The notes under the pieces: generated by a model
What the model saw: only the letters and a program-made list of their open reading frames with translations
The model's database searches: none
Told to the model about the DNA's origin: nothing
Program-made: the position numbers and the translations under genes
Part shown: positions 39,223-53,377 of the stretch, one piece after another
How positions within the stretch are numbered: position 1 is the stretch's first letter
Layout of the letters: each line of letters starts with the position of its first letter
Source of the DNA: Octopus vulgaris
Lineage: Eukaryota
DNA length: 64,000 nt
NCBI GenBank assembly: GCA_951406725.2
Contig: OX597821.1
Location: forward strand, 78,306,001-78,370,000
Direction: 5' to 3'

Positions 39223-39755
39223 AGGAGGCGGGCTGGCTGAAACGTTAGTACGCCGGGCGAAATGAGTAGCCGTATTTCGTCTGCCGTTACTTTCTGAGTT
39301 CAAATTCCGCCGAGGTCGACTTTGCATTTTATCCTTTCGGGTTCGATTAAATACGTACCAGTTACGCACTGGAGTCGATATAATCGACTTAATCCGTTTG
39401 TATGTCCTTGTTTGTCTCTTCTGTATTTAGCCCCCTGTGGGTAGTAAAGAAATAGGCATTTCGTCTGTCTTACGTTCTGAGTTCAAATTCCGCCGAGGTC
39501 GACTTTGCATTTCATCCTTTCGGGTTCGATTAAATACGTACAAGTTACGCACTGGAGTCGATATAATCGACTTAATCCGTTTGTCTGTCCTTGTTTGTCT
39601 CTTCTGTATTTAGCCCCTTGTGGGTAGTAATGAAATAGGTATTTCGTCTGCCTCTACGTTCTGAGTTCAAATTCCGCCGAGGTCGACTTTGCCTTTCATT
39701 CTTTCGGAGTCGGTAAATTAAGTACCCCAAAATTTCGGTCCTTGTAGAAAAGAGT
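39223..39755 (+). mobile_element. Family-1 SINE trimer
   Basis: Head ggcgggctggctgaaacgttag followed by three core units. Confidence 0.9.
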
Positions 39756-40004
39756 ATTAATATTGATTTTAAGATGGATAATAATTACTATTGTTTTTAT
39801 AATTCCGTAAGTTAGGAACTCCTGTTACTGTCCCATGTCTGCATTACGTTAGAGCCACCGTTGTGATTTCCAGAGAGAAATAGCGGTAGGTTTAGACCGG
39901 TAAAATCGTAAGAACGGCGGATAAAATATTTCCCCCAAAATATATGACAAGAATTCGATCCAAACACAAACAATTTTGTCACTGCGAAATTGTAACTTTG
40001 TATA

Positions 40005-40360
40005 TTCTTTTATTCTTTTACTTGTTTCATTCGTCTGACTGCGGTCATGCTGCAGCACCGCATTTAGTTGAGCAAATCGGCCCAAGAACTTATACTTTGT
40101 AAGCCTACTACTTATTGTATCAGTTCTTTTGCCGAGCCGCTAAGTTATGGGGACGTAAGCACACCAACATCGGTTGACAAACGGTGGTGGTAGGACAAAC
40201 ACAGATGCACAAACGCACACACACACATATGTACATACGGACGGCTTCTTTGCAGTTTCCGTCTACCAGATCCACTCACAAGTCTTTGGTCGGCCCGAGG
40301 CTAGAGTAGAGGACGCTTGCCCAAGGTGTCACACAGTGGGATTGAACACGGAACCATGTG
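40005..40360 (-). mobile_element. Family-2 SINE
   Basis: Body and 3' stem match 5990-6492. Confidence 0.8.
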
Positions 40361-40689
40361 AAGCGAGATATGTTTCATGAGTGGAAAATACTTAGAGTTT
40401 AGAAGACATACAGGGAATGTGTGTTTTGTTTCTCCATTCTCTTCCTAGATCATTAAAACTAATTGAGAAAAAAAAAAAGAGAAATATTTCTTAAATACGG
40501 ATTATTTTCTGTGAGTTTTGCCTTGCGAACGTGTTCTTATGTTTGTTCCTGTTATAGTCTTGACTACAAACAAATTTCACAATATCAAAACACCCATCGC
40601 ACATTCCCTACAAAATTATTGTCAATACGCCAGTGTAGCCGAGGTAAAACGATTAAATACTTGCTAATATAAACATCGCAATAACAATC

Positions 40690-41520
40690 TGGCTCCAAAG
40701 ACATAAATAACAACACAAAATTGATTCATTACAAAACGTCTGTGTTATGAAAGACATTTCAAATTGTTAGAACGATTCCTCCAAAAATGTCTTTGCCGCA
40801 TTTTAGTGATCAAACGGGGCACTTTTACTCCAGACACAGATATCATTGAATCTGTAGGCATCACTTCAATTAAATCAATGAATCTGAAAAAACAAATGAA
40901 ATGTTCTGGCCTCATTGTTTGAATGGATGAACGCACACCCAAACAGCTGTTTTATGGCAAGCTTGCAGAGATGAGCGCAATCGATCAAACCTAAAAAGTG
41001 GATTCAGGATGGCACAAGCACTACCATGAAGACCCTTAGAATATATCCAAAGGCCATAGAAAACCTTGCTTCGGATCGTGCAGCATGGCGAACAAAAGTG
41101 TGGCGTGAAAGCGTTTGAGGAGGCCGGGATTATACATGCAAGACTCAAGAGAGATTTAAAGAAGAATGTTGCGATCGGGAATGTGAATTTTAGTGATCCT
41201 TTTTTGTGCACAGTTTGTGACAGACTATGCCTTTCTTTTGCTGGGCTCAAATCTCATTTGAGGACCCACGACAAACGAGCCTCCTACAACTATTCTACCT
41301 GTATATCTTTGCACACTTTTCAATGTTGTGTATGGCATAAGGTCTGCAAATCTAATGGAGGCATGAAAAGACATTTTAAGACCCACAAAGATCAGAACTT
41401 AACTGGAGCTCTTGAGGGTCCAAATCAGATATACAATCTATGTGGGTGTATTTTCAGAACATTGCCTGGTTTAAAAAGCCACATCAGACGCCATGATATA
41501 TCTAAGGTATCGGTATAATA
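40690..41520 (+). mobile_element. RTE-clade LINE 3' fragment with three C-terminal C2H2 zinc-finger-like motifs
   Basis: LLERFLQKCLCRIL, RTPKQLFYGKL, LASDRAAWR, then CTVCDRLCLSFAGLKSHLRTH / CCVWHKVCKSNGGMKRHFKTH / YNLCGCIFRTLPGLKSHIRRH. Confidence 0.8.
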
Positions 41521-42281
41521 GGTGATCAGACTCTGCATAAGGAGTAGACAAACACCACATAAGATATGGAGACTTGCTTTACCTCAAAATTTATTTCCTT
41601 TTATTTTACAATTTCATACAGCATATTTCTATGGTATTACGACCTACACGTGCTTCGGTGGAATTTACAGCGTGAGTGTGAACTCAAGATAGTCAAAGAC
41701 ATCAAACACCAACCAATGCGGTTAGTCGTAACCTAGAACATAACTGAGAGCCACCACGTCATCCCTTTAAGCTCATATTGAGAGATATAATATTCATTAA
41801 ATGTCATTTGCTCACTAGTGAAATCTAATATAAGGAATACGAAAAACAAACTTAATAACTTGAAAGGAAGGACAAGTTTAAACAAGAAATACCCAGGTGT
41901 TCTTTTGAGGTTTAAGCATGAAGTGGTTAATTAAAATGAAGTTGGCACAACAACTTCCTGATGTTGATTGTGTAACAGAGAGCGAGGTGCGATGTATAGA
42001 TAATCATTACTGATTGATCTTTTATAGGTTTATTTTCTTTCTCCTCAAAATCTATTGTGGCATAAACATTTCCTACGCTTAATTAGACACATTTTTCCTA
42101 TCTTATGAACTTCCTATATTTTAATTATTAAATAGCACCAAAACCTTACGCTGATGGTGATTATTTCATTGAACTTCAAAAGATATGATGCTTATGATTC
42201 GTTTCTTTCGTAAAGAAAGAAACTGCAGAAACAATGAAGTGGTCCTTTGTTTGCATTGGCGACAAAAACAATATGAATTGT

Positions 42282-42394
<113 letters not shown>

Positions 42395-42752
42395 CAGGGG
42401 TTGGCCAAAATAATGGAAACACCTTGCACCATAGCATCATAATTTTGAAATATCTATAAAACCGTCAAAAGCTTGCTTATTTGTATGAATTTTAATTTAT
42501 TATTAGTGTGGTTTAATATGTTTTGCTAAAATTGCTATTCATTTTTAGATATCATGAGTAAAAGGTAATTAAAATTCATAAAAATGACAGATCTATTGGA
42601 CTTTCAAAGAGGTCAAATTGTTGGTGCACGTATGGCAGGTGCTAGCGTAACGAAAACAGCCGATGAAAGTAATGACAGCCTTTGAGGGAAGAGGGAAGAA
42701 CGTCCGCGTCGAAACGAAACTCCGAAAGAAAGCCAAAACTTTCAGATAGGGA
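42395..42752 (+). mobile_element. Tc1-like transposon 5' fragment
   Basis: TA|CAGGGGTTGGCCAAAATAATGGAAACACC terminus; ATG at 42584 gives MTDLLDFQRGQIVGARMAGASVTKTA (Tc1 HTH). Confidence 0.85.
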
Positions 42753-42924
42753 TATAAACATGTGTGAGTGTGTGTGTGTATATGTCTGTTGACGTTGTGA
42801 ACGCAGGAAAGTTTATGTCTATGTATTTTGAGAATATAGCTGCGTGTATTTTTTTGCTAATTTTTCATATATTAGATTTTCTTACCTTTTATATAACGAT
42901 TATTCATAGCTTCTGATGCCAATA

Positions 42925-42983
42925 ATAGCCGACGAGAATGCATTGTAGCTCTTTGCTTCAACCTTCGAAACTCCGAGTACTAT
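42925..42983 (+). ncRNA. Hammerhead-like motif with CCGACGA core variant
   Basis: ATAG-CCGACGA-GAA...TTC-GAAA-CTC c GAG-TA-CTAT; GUA triplet; stem III nearly the same as in 13016-13057. Confidence 0.5.
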
Positions 42984-43137
42984 AATGACAACCTTTTTCT
43001 GTTTGTCCTAATTTTTAACATATATAAATAATCCTCTATTTCTCTAATATCTAGGTCTATTCTTTTGTTGTTACATTTTATTATTATCATATACATATAT
43101 ACACACATATATATATGTGTAAGCATGTAAATATCTG

Positions 43138-43282
<145 letters not shown>

Positions 43283-43296
43283 TTATTTATCGCTCT

Positions 43297-43361
<65 letters not shown>

Positions 43362-43591
43362 TATATAAATTATAAGTTAGAGGTTATGCAACTGTCTATG
43401 GGTTAAATGCATCTGTAGGCAGTATTCGTGCATTATTTAATAATGTATAGGCCTTGCTGTAAGGTTAACAGTAGTTGGTAAACCGTAGTTTAATATTTTC
43501 AGATATAATCTCTAAGCTGCCCTCACAGTCTTCCTGCGTTCGAGAATCTCTATATTTTCTGTATATATGTATATATATACATATATATATA

Positions 43592-44775
43592 TACTAGCAT
43601 TAAAGACCCGTCGTTGCTGGGTCATAGTGCTAGTGCATGTATATATGTGTACATATATGTGTACATATTACATGTACATCTATATATATACATCTACACA
43701 TAAAATACAAAATACAAAGTTATATCTTGATATCGCTAGTGATAACAATACTCAAAATATATAACAGACTGGAATTGTTAGCCCGTCTCTTGTAATTTCG
43801 ATCGATTGTATCTTGTCCTCCCTCTTGTATAGAAGTGTGGCAACAATCCAGCCTACCTCTACTTCGGGGGGAGAGGGGCATTTAAAAATTTTTTCCGGGG
43901 CGTCCTACGTCCCAGATATAAAGGTAAAAATAAAATATTTCCACTTTGCAAGTTCGAGTCGAGTACTCCCTTGCACGCTCCATTTGACTCGAACCTTGCT
44001 TCTATTGTGGCGAATTTACCGCCTCTGATTAGATACCTTTCATAGTCGCACCAAGACACTTTTCGAAGGTGCTTTCCTCCATATGTTCAAATCTTCTTTT
44101 TTCTCTACATTGTATACTTTATAGACAATAGTCTTTTCTTTAATTTAATTTTTTATTATCCATCTGGACTTTTCCATTTCTGCACGATAATTTTATTTTT
44201 AATTCATTCCATTCATGTGAAACCACTTATTCGAGTTCAAGTCATTGATGCAATTTTATACCAATTGCTATTTTTACTTTTGTTATGTTACGATTATATT
44301 ATACTTTAGTTTGATTTTAATTATTACTTACTACATATAATTCAATTGTTATTATTATTTTTATTGTTAAAGTGAAAGTATCTGACATAAAATAGAGAAA
44401 CGTTTTTGTTTCACTTTTAACACGTAATACTGAAATAGTGGAGAAGATATGGTATTGCTATGGGTTCGCTCTAGGCAAGAGGTTGAACATTTGTTTTGCC
44501 CATGAAACTACATGGACCCTAAGTAAGGCATGTGTAAAATCTGAATGGAATTGGTTATGTAGTTCTCAAGTTTTAGTGAATTGTAGTGGAGAAGATATTA
44601 TATTGCTGTGGGCTCGCCCTAGGCAAAAAGTTCAAAATTGTTTTTGCTGATGACACTCCCCGGACCCTAAGTAAGGCATGTGTAAAATTTGAATGAAATT
44701 GGTTATGTAGTTCTCGGGTTTTAGGGAAACACACAGACAGACAGACAGACACACATTCTCAGTTTTACATATATA
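43592..44775 (+). mobile_element. Non-autonomous Helitron/Helentron-associated (HINE/DINE-like) element
   Basis: 5' tactagca..gacccgtcgttgctgggtc hairpin, internal ~150-bp tandem duplication (~44437-44725), 3' (ACAG)n followed by attctcagtttta. Confidence 0.6.
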
Positions 44776-44777
44776 TA

Positions 44778-45185
44778 CTATTTTACTCTTTTATTTGTTT
44801 CAGTCATTTGACTGCGGCCATGCTGGAGCACCGCCTTTAATCGAGCAACTCGACCCCGGGACTTATTCTTTTGTAAGCCCAGTACTTATTCTATCGGTCT
44901 CTTTTGCCGAACAGCTAAGTAACGGGACATAAATACACCAGCATCGGTTGTCAAGCAATGCTAGGGGGACCAAACACAGATACAGAAACACACACACGCA
45001 TATATATATATACATATATACGACGGGCTTCTTTCAGTTTCCGTCTACCAAATCCACTAACACGGCTTTGGTTGGCCCGAGGCTATAGTAGAAGACACTT
45101 GCCCAAGGTACCACGCAGTGGGACTGAACCCGGAACCATATGGCTGGTAAACAAGCTACTTACCACACAGCCACTCCTGCGCCTA
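44778..45185 (-). mobile_element. Family-2 SINE, full length
   Basis: Complete head (taggcgcaggagtggctgtgtggtaagtagc), body and 3' stem. Confidence 0.9.
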
Positions 45186-45479
45186 TATATATTCGTATAT
45201 GCACACATTCTTCCGACAGCATTATTTGTAATTTATCCAGTGAAATATCTACAAATAAGCTGAAAGCTATCAATATATTGGGCAGCTAAAATATAAGTCT
45301 TTTGTTCATCAACCGTATAAATACACGTAGCTTGTTTTGATTGGCTTACTTGCGATGATCGGTGGATAGAAGTAGACATTAATTAAAAGCTAATGAAGCT
45401 AATGCTAAAGCTAATGAATTACTAATCATCACAATAGTAAAGCATTCTGACAACAAAGAAGAAAAAGGGGTTTAAGAAA

Positions 45480-45785
45480 AGTGAAATATACTGACGACAA
45501 TTTCTAAAGTAAGTTTGTGTTGGAAAGACTGTGACGATATTGTTTTAAGACCATATTATCTTTATCGAAACCAATGTAAATAAATCAACTGGTTTCATCA
45601 GTCAATGGAAATGTCCTTACTGTATTCTTAAATTGCCAGACCCACGATAAAAGAAATACAAAATACGCTCATTCATCAAAACTAGAAAAAGAAACATTAA
45701 AAGACAGAAGCAACCTCTGGTTGGTCGAATTTCAACTAAAAGGGAAGTTTACTTTGCAGTTCTGTAACAGTCATGAATCTTAAAG
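45480..45785 (+). pseudogene. Cullin-like pseudogene fragment, closest to the 36555-37290 copy
   Basis: Shares gaagtttact...ctgtaacagtcatgaatcttaaag|gtaagtgaattaat with the 36555 copy (reverse complement). Confidence 0.45.
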
Positions 45786-46619
45786 GTAAGTGAATTAATT
45801 ATATTAGGAACAGAGAGACAGATTAGAATTGCAATTGTTTTTACAATTCTGTGTTGCTGATTTGTGCTTTCTTTACATTAAATTTACCATTATCATTTCC
45901 TGTTTCGAAAGAGAGTTTGAACGGAGGATGCTAGATATGTATCGACTGATAAAATATCATTGGTATTCAGTCACGTACCTTTAAATTCTTATTTCGAATC
46001 ACAAGAAGTTTTCCTTTCATCTGTCTGTTTCCCGTGTGGTATGTGCCTAAGATGTCTCTAAGATAGAAATCATTCTTATTTAGATAAAAGCCAATAAATG
46101 AGAATATTAGTCAATCTCTCGAAATAAAAATGCCACTAAACAGTCTTTATTCGACTTCCCCTTTCGTATACAACAGTTGTAATAAAAGCTTAAGTAATGT
46201 ACAGAAATTCGAGCCAATCCATTATATATTTTTTGGCTTAGAAACTCGTGACTCTGAATCATATATCATTATCATTTCTAGTTAAAGAGTAATTTTAAAC
46301 CTACTAATCGAAATTCTTGATATTAGTAATAACAACAATACAACGGTATTGAAATAGTTCGTCTGTAAATTGTGAAAACAGGGATCAGTTGAGGAAAATA
46401 TTTCATCTGAACAATATAACAATGTCTACATCTGGATATGAACTTATACGATTTTACAAGTATTACACAATTTATCGTCTCATGTTTCAGTTTAATCCTT
46501 TCTAAATTTCTGATTCTTGTTTCTTCATATAAAACATTTCATTGTAATGGATCAAGATCATGGAAGATTACAAACACGAAGATATATCATATATATGTTA
46601 GACTGAGAGAGTAGTTGCT

Positions 46620-46800
46620 TCAATATCCAGTCGTAGAAACAGAGAGAAATCATACTGAGTAACACTCAGCAAATAGTTTGTCTGGAATAAATAATTCTTT
46701 CCTGAAATAATTTGTTCCATGACATTACAGGGATGTGAAGTCAGTGAGATAGGCATGTATTCCTTATTACCTTGCTCATATAAAATAGCCTTCAAAATGT
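46620..46800 (-). mobile_element. Old CR1-type RT fragment
   Basis: EYMPISLTSHPCNVMEQII...LLSVTQYDF, compare NYRPISLTSHISKVMERIV...LLSDTQHGF in the 13.2-16.6 kb LINE. Confidence 0.65.
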
Positions 46801-47660
46801 ATTGGAGGGATTTTTGTTAGAACACTTTGTATGTTATCATAAGAAATGTTGAGTGTAGATATCAGTCATAATTTCTCCTTTTTATCCATGTAATCGATGT
46901 TTGCCCATTCCCTATGTATATTTATTGATTATATCATGATTTCTCCATTTGTATCTTCGATATAAACAATGTTGTCTCTTCCTTATGCATGTTTAATTTT
47001 GTTAGCATTTGTTCCGTTGCAATAATGACAATGATTCTGAATTTACTAATTTTTCTTTTTCTTTTGTAATATTTCATTGTGCAATTTCTTTGGAAAATGT
47101 TATATGCTCAGTATTTAATTCCATTGAATAAAAAAGGAAAAAGGAAAACCTTCGTTCGCTTAGTTTTAATCGCTTTGCAAATGTAATAACCTGTAGCAAA
47201 AAGTTCTATCAGCAATAATTTTGCGAATAGGGTGCCAGATTATCACAGTGTGGCAGTATGGTAAGAGCGTCTTTGAATTGCTTTGTGGTAATTATTCTTT
47301 CTCTCCTTGTTCTGATTTCAAACTGCGACTAGGTCAGTTTTCCCTCTCATTCTTTTGAGATTGATAAATAAATTATCAGTCCTGTGCAAGAGTTTCTTCT
47401 TGCTCTTATTTTTTCGTTATCTGGAGAATTTTTTCTGATTATCTTTCAGGAATTATTGCTGTAAACTAGTTCCTAAATATTTACTTAATTTATATGAAAT
47501 CCCTTTACTCTCTCGCAGAATTAAACGTTGAGTAAAATTCTTTCTTCATTTATGAATTTATAAAATTTTACTCAAGTAGTCAAGGATTTGGCATGTTGTG
47601 ATGTTTGGAGTTTTTCGTAAAATTACCTTACAACGAACCATTAAAATCTTGATCGAGCAG

Positions 47661-47674
47661 TACTGCTGCTGCTA

Positions 47675-47724
<50 letters not shown>

Positions 47725-47745
47725 GCTACTGCTACTGCTACTACA

Positions 47746-47799
<54 letters not shown>

Positions 47800-47802
47800 G
47801 CA

Positions 47803-47868
<66 letters not shown>

Positions 47869-47895
47869 GCTACTGCTACTACTGCTACTACTGCA

Positions 47896-47940
<45 letters not shown>

Positions 47941-47942
47941 GT

Positions 47943-47998
<56 letters not shown>

Positions 47999-48025
47999 AT
48001 AATAATAATAATAATAATAATAATA
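47661..48025. repeat. Compound (CTA)n/(CTG)n/(TAA)n trinucleotide microsatellite
   Basis: Direct reading; a second tract lies at ~48863-48972. Confidence 0.95.
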
Positions 48026-48029
48026 TCAA

Positions 48030-48862
48030 TATTAATAATCCTTTCTTTATGAGCCACAATGGCCGACAAAAATAAGACTGGACATTAACAAAACATGAAG
48101 GACAAAGCGGGATTACGTAAAGTGTCGTGTGAAAAGTCAATAAGACTCAATAACAGTCAATAACAATGAACAATATAACAAAGAGAATGCCTAAAAGAGG
48201 CAAGCAACTCTGGGCTACTCATGGAGACCTCACGAAAAATCCACAAGCGCCACGGCCACTAGGGCAACAGACCTCTCTGTCAGCCTTGGAAACTCAAAAG
48301 CGCATGCTCAAAGCAGGCTCGTTGGCATGGACCATCTTCGCTACATTCACCCACCTTTTAACAAAATTGCTGGAACTCAGCATTTCTTTCTCAACCCTCA
48401 TGTACCGTTTCAGATGCTATCTGAAAAAGTTAATGAGGGGTAGGCCAAAGAGAAAAGCATTTGTCTTCAGCTATTTCATCTAGACCAATCTCCATGATGG
48501 AAGCAGCCAACAAGCTGACACTTCCTACATGTGACAGCAGGTGCTCGACATAAATTCATACATCAGGTATGCTCGGCCACTGGACAAGTGCGCGCAGAAC
48601 GGTTTCGTCATTCTGCGCACATCTCTACGTGCCTGTAGACTTTATCCCGAACAGGCAAAGCACCCCTGTATTATAGCCAGGCCAGATTTTTCTGGAAGTT
48701 ATCCGTAAGCCTCAGCCTCAGAGTCCTCCAGAACAGACTGGCCAGCCGAAATTTATCGACGCCTAGAGTCTCCCCCAAAACCTTGTAATTTCCTTTCACC
48801 ACTAACCCTCCATAACGCCATAGTAGAACTTTCACTAAACGCTTTGCCCGACATACTCCAAT
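48030..48862 (-). mobile_element. Tx1/L1-clade LINE 3' fragment
   Basis: RCAQNDETVLRALVQWP (degenerate CCHC knuckle), LINFFR*HLKRYMRVE...FVKRWVNVAKM. Confidence 0.7.
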
Positions 48863-48878
48863 TCTTCTTCTTCTTCTT

Positions 48879-48939
<61 letters not shown>

Positions 48940-49451
48940 CGCTGCTGCTGCTGCTACTGCTGCAACTACTGCTCTCCCAAGCGCCTCTGCCAACTTTCTC
49001 ACTAAATCACACTAATCTATTTTTTCTACAGCTAAACCTTTGCTAAATTTAACTGATTCTACGTTAATAGCCCTTTTTAGCTTACAGCACCATTTATTGT
49101 TGAGGACTGCTCCTGTCAAAACTTTCCGAACTAACTCTTTAAACCTGTCTCTGTAAGCTTGGCACTCCAGGAATGGCATGCTGTAATTCCAGTAGCTGGG
49201 GCCCTGTCTATGTATGATATCTAAGTCGACCTTACAGGTCATCAATTTGGGATCTGTGTAGCCAACCATTTCAAATTGTGGACAACTAATACTATCCGTA
49301 TCTAAAGAACTTCAAAATACTCTATCTAGTCCTCACCTTGTTTGTTGTTAACCCTCCAGCCTGCTTCAGGTGTCTTGGGGAAATTTCGAAAATGGATTAT
49401 CATCATCATCATCATCATCATCATCACCATCATCCTCATTATTATTATTAA

Positions 49452-49485
<34 letters not shown>

Positions 49486-49495
49486 ATTATTATCA

Positions 49496-50046
49496 TTGAG
49501 TGAGAGAGCAGTGCATGCCATCAAAGTGACACTGGGGTAAAATATACGAAGCCCAGTATACCCATCATGACTACCCGTCTGATAAGGGTACACCAGGCAC
49601 ATGCATCACAACCATATGTGCGCAACATTCTGATCTCATATAAAAATAAACAGCACATGACCTTGCAGGTGGGGCCCAGTTAGAATTTTCTTCAGGTCGC
49701 GTAACCCATCCCACTCGAAAGGTCCCTGAATAAGAGTTGTTTAAGGATATTGAACGAAACACCCATGTTTCCAGAGGTGAATTATTCAAATCCCAAAGAA
49801 TCCCTCTCAACACATGGCTATGATGCTCCCCTACTACTTCTGCTCGTGATCAGAGATGCACATATCGTCAGCCACTAAGGGACATGCTCAACTGGTTAAA
49901 GTCAAACAACCGACAAGCAAATCTGTGGTATTGAGCAGAATATTTGCTGTAGCCCTTCTTTTATACCAAGACAAAACAACGTACATGATAACACTTCCAG
50001 TCAGTTAAGATGAGAAGCCATGAGAGCCACTGCCTGGTACTGCATC
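49496..50046. mobile_element. ~550-bp non-coding element embedded in (TTA)n on both sides
   Basis: Homologous to 25045-25424; TTA tracts at ~49440-49495 and ~50047-50138. Confidence 0.8.
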
Positions 50047-50086
50047 ATTATTATTATTATTATTATTATTGTTATTATTATTTTTA

Positions 50087-50138
<52 letters not shown>

Positions 50139-50244
50139 TCACGTCACTGCTTGGAATCGAACTCTTAACCACTACGCCATATGCCCGTGGGCAATTATAG
50201 AGTGAATTTTAGGACTTATTAATCAAATATTTTTCTATCCTTAA

Positions 50245-51740
50245 TACCGGTTCCCAGATGCTGTTCACATCCTCACTGGGTCTCTTTAGGAGGTTGTTGT
50301 GTCCTAGCATATGTGCTGCTTCTTTTAGTTTTCGTATTTTCTGGTGGTGTTTTCTGTCTATTATTTTAACTTCATCCCACAGGGGGAAGTGGTCTCCATT
50401 TTCTATACATGATCAGCTATACCTGATTTATCAGTATCTCCTCGTGTCACAGCTTTGTGATGTTCGTCTACCCTTATTTTGAGGGGTAGGCATGTTTCGC
50501 CTTTGTATAACCTACCACAACTGCATGGGATGTAGTACACACAGTCTTTGGTTATATTCTCTTCTGTTGGTGGTTTTACTCGAAGGAGATATTCGCGAAG
50601 TGTTATATTTCTCTTGAATACTGTCCTGATGTCACATAGGCCGCATATCTTTTGTATCTTTTCGTAGAGGCCTTTCACATAGGGTAGACAGACTGTGGAC
50701 AGTTTTCCGGCCTCATCCTCTCTCTTTATCCTGATTAGAGTGGATAGTATACTTTGGGGGTAGTTGTTGCTTAACATATCGTTATTGAGCTTGACCATTT
50801 CTTCGTGGTATATATCACGATCGCTACTTATATTCTTTGCTCGATGTTTTAGGCACTGAGCAACCCCTCTCTTTACACTGTATGGATGGTGGGAATTGAA
50901 GTTGAGGTATCGTCCATGAAGGTCGGCCTGAGGTATACGGATGTCCTGAATCCATACTTGGTGCGTGTTTTTGATACGTCCAGGAATGCTAATTGATTGT
51001 CTTTTTCTTTTTCCATTGTGAATTGTATGGGAGGCTTCATTGACTTCACATGATCTAACAGCACTTGGATATGTTCCTGGTGGGGCCAGAGTATAAAGGT
51101 GTCATCAGCATATCGTAGCCATAGGGTTGGTTTTAGTGGTGTTGATTCTAAAGCCAAATTCGCAAAGTGTTCTATGTATATATTGGTTATTACCGGCGAT
51201 AATGGCGAAGCTATAGCTAAACCCTCCTCTTGTCGATATATATATCAGTGTCCATACAGAAGTAGGTAGTTTCTACACAGAATATCAACATTTTCATCAA
51301 GTTTCTTATTGGTATACTAGTCTGTTCTTTTAGATGGGTGTATGTCACTAGTTTTCGTTCGTATCACCGATAGTGCTTTACCAGTTGGGACTTTGGTGAA
51401 CAGGCTTATCGCATCTAGACTCACCATCTGGTTGGATTCAATGGGGGTATCCTTGATCAATTCTGTGAAGTGGGTGGAATTATTCACGTGCGATATTGAC
51501 TATCCTGCTAATGGATTGATTATATCCACAAGAAAGCAGCACAGTGGGTGACATACTGTACCTTTACAGCTCACTATAGGTCTTAATGGAATACCATCCT
51601 TGTGAATCTTAGGGAGACCATACATGTGTAGTTGTTTACTGTAGTGTTGAGCCAGTTGTCTGTACGTCATTGGTGTAAAGTGATCCTTGTTCTTGATCAA
51701 AATCTGTGACAACTTCCTCTCTGTTTTCAGAGGTGAAATC
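50245..51740 (-). mobile_element. Penelope-like element (RT + GIY-YIG endonuclease), frameshifted and 5'-truncated
   Basis: YGLPKIHKDGIPLRPIVS; WLRYADDTFILW; IQFTMEKEKDNQLAFLDV; CVYYIPCSCGRLYKGET...RVDEH. Confidence 0.95.
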
Positions 51741-51754
51741 TCTAATGAACCGCA

Positions 51755-52320
51755 GGAAAGGAACAGTGATAGCTTACTCGATGAGAGACATATAAATGGT
51801 TTGGGAGAAGACAATAAAACTAATAGTGACATGATAGATGGGCAAAAAGCAATCTACGACAGAATAAAGGTAATGCTACAGGAGAATGATAGCAACAATA
51901 TTTGCAACCTAAAAAAGATTGATTGATGGAAATTCAACCAAGAAACGAAAAATGTGAATGAAATTCTGGAATATATTAGAACGAAAAAACAAAACAATGA
52001 CAGAAACAAACAATTTGATCATGGCAGCAAGTATTGTTGTAGTAGAAAATGTGGGTGTTGATGTCAAGAAAAAGGAATATAATGTGAGTGATAAAAGAAA
52101 ACAACCAAGGTAGAAAAGAAGAATACAGGCAGGATTAGATATGCTCTCGATGGCCAATTCTGTGTTAGACCGAAAAGAGGTGAAGCTTAAAAACCAACAA
52201 AAGTACAGGGCACTGAACAAGAAATATGATATTTAAAGAAAGGGCCTGAAAGTGGTAATGGAGGAACTGAAATAACGCCTCGGTGCTAAGAAAGCAAATA
52301 TGGTAAGATACGGACAAAGC
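51755..52320 (+). mobile_element. R4/Dong-like LINE N-terminal fragment
   Basis: VNEILEYI...TETNNLIMAASIVVVENVG...QPR*KRRIQ...L*KKGLKVVMEELK*RL. Confidence 0.7.
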
Positions 52321-52490
52321 TTCGCGTTTTTAGCAGTGCCTGGATCAGAACGGACGTCAGTTTGTAAACAGGCGTTGACAGAACGATAAGATAATATTGG
52401 TAGTCTCTATTGAAAATGAAATGTATTTTAATTAACACCTACTTGACAAGGTTTTGAAGTGTGTATACATTTTTTGTGTATATTTTACAG

Positions 52491-52820
52491 GAATGAAGAC
52501 GTCAAATCAATACCATATGATCCTCAGTCGACTTCAGCAAGTTTTAACAATTATTTTTCTCGTGATTTTGAAAACTGGTGCAAACAATGACATGCAACAT
52601 TTTAGGAAAATAACCGAGTCAAAATGCTTGAGTCTTCCAGTTGTACGTACCGAATATACGACGTCCGTCAGAGAATGTGCATTACGGTGTAAGATGAATG
52701 ACATGTGTGGCTATTTTAGCTATTGTAATGGACCATGCAAAATGTATAAATTGTTCTACTGCCAATATAATTCCAATACTGAATGCGACTGTGTATCTTT
52801 CTTTACGCTCTCAGAAAACA
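52491..52820 (+). CDS. PAN-domain gene B, coding exon 1: signal peptide + PAN/Apple domain (ATG at 52493)
   Basis: ttacag|GA ATG; MKTSNQYHMILSRLQQVLTIIFLVILKTGA...KCLS...ECALRCKMNDMCGYFSYCNGPC; donor A|gtgagt; 328 coding nt. Confidence 0.88.
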
Positions 52821-53377
52821 GTGAGTAAATAAAGTTTTACATTTATTTTTGAGCTTTTTGTATTAACTTTCTACCACAATATGTACATCTGTGCTGCTTA
52901 GTTCACCATAGTTTTTAGTATAAAATAGATGTGTCTCTCATAGCACGCAGAATGGTTTTATTTTTTCATCACCTTTTCGTTATTATACCATTATATTTTA
53001 TATACAAACATCATTAATACAACACACTAGTTTGCACTGTTTCCATAACGAGTGACCACAAGTATTGCAACCAATAAGGATAAAGCTCTCATTTCAAACA
53101 TTTATTCAATCACGGAATACAAAAAAAAAGTAATTTAAAACAGCCTTTCTGTAGATGCGTTTTCATTACAAAACCGTTCTTTTACATTATATCAAACGTT
53201 AGTTTCCCTCAGTATGATCCAAGTTCAATAGCTATGACCAAATGCATAACTAGTGTTACTAACTCTGCTCTTTCATTTGTGTATATTTTCTCTGCCTTAT
53301 TCTCTAAGCTATTTTAGTTTTATGTCTTAGCCGAACTGGTGTCTTCGTCTTTGTTGCTAATGCTTACATTACGTTTC

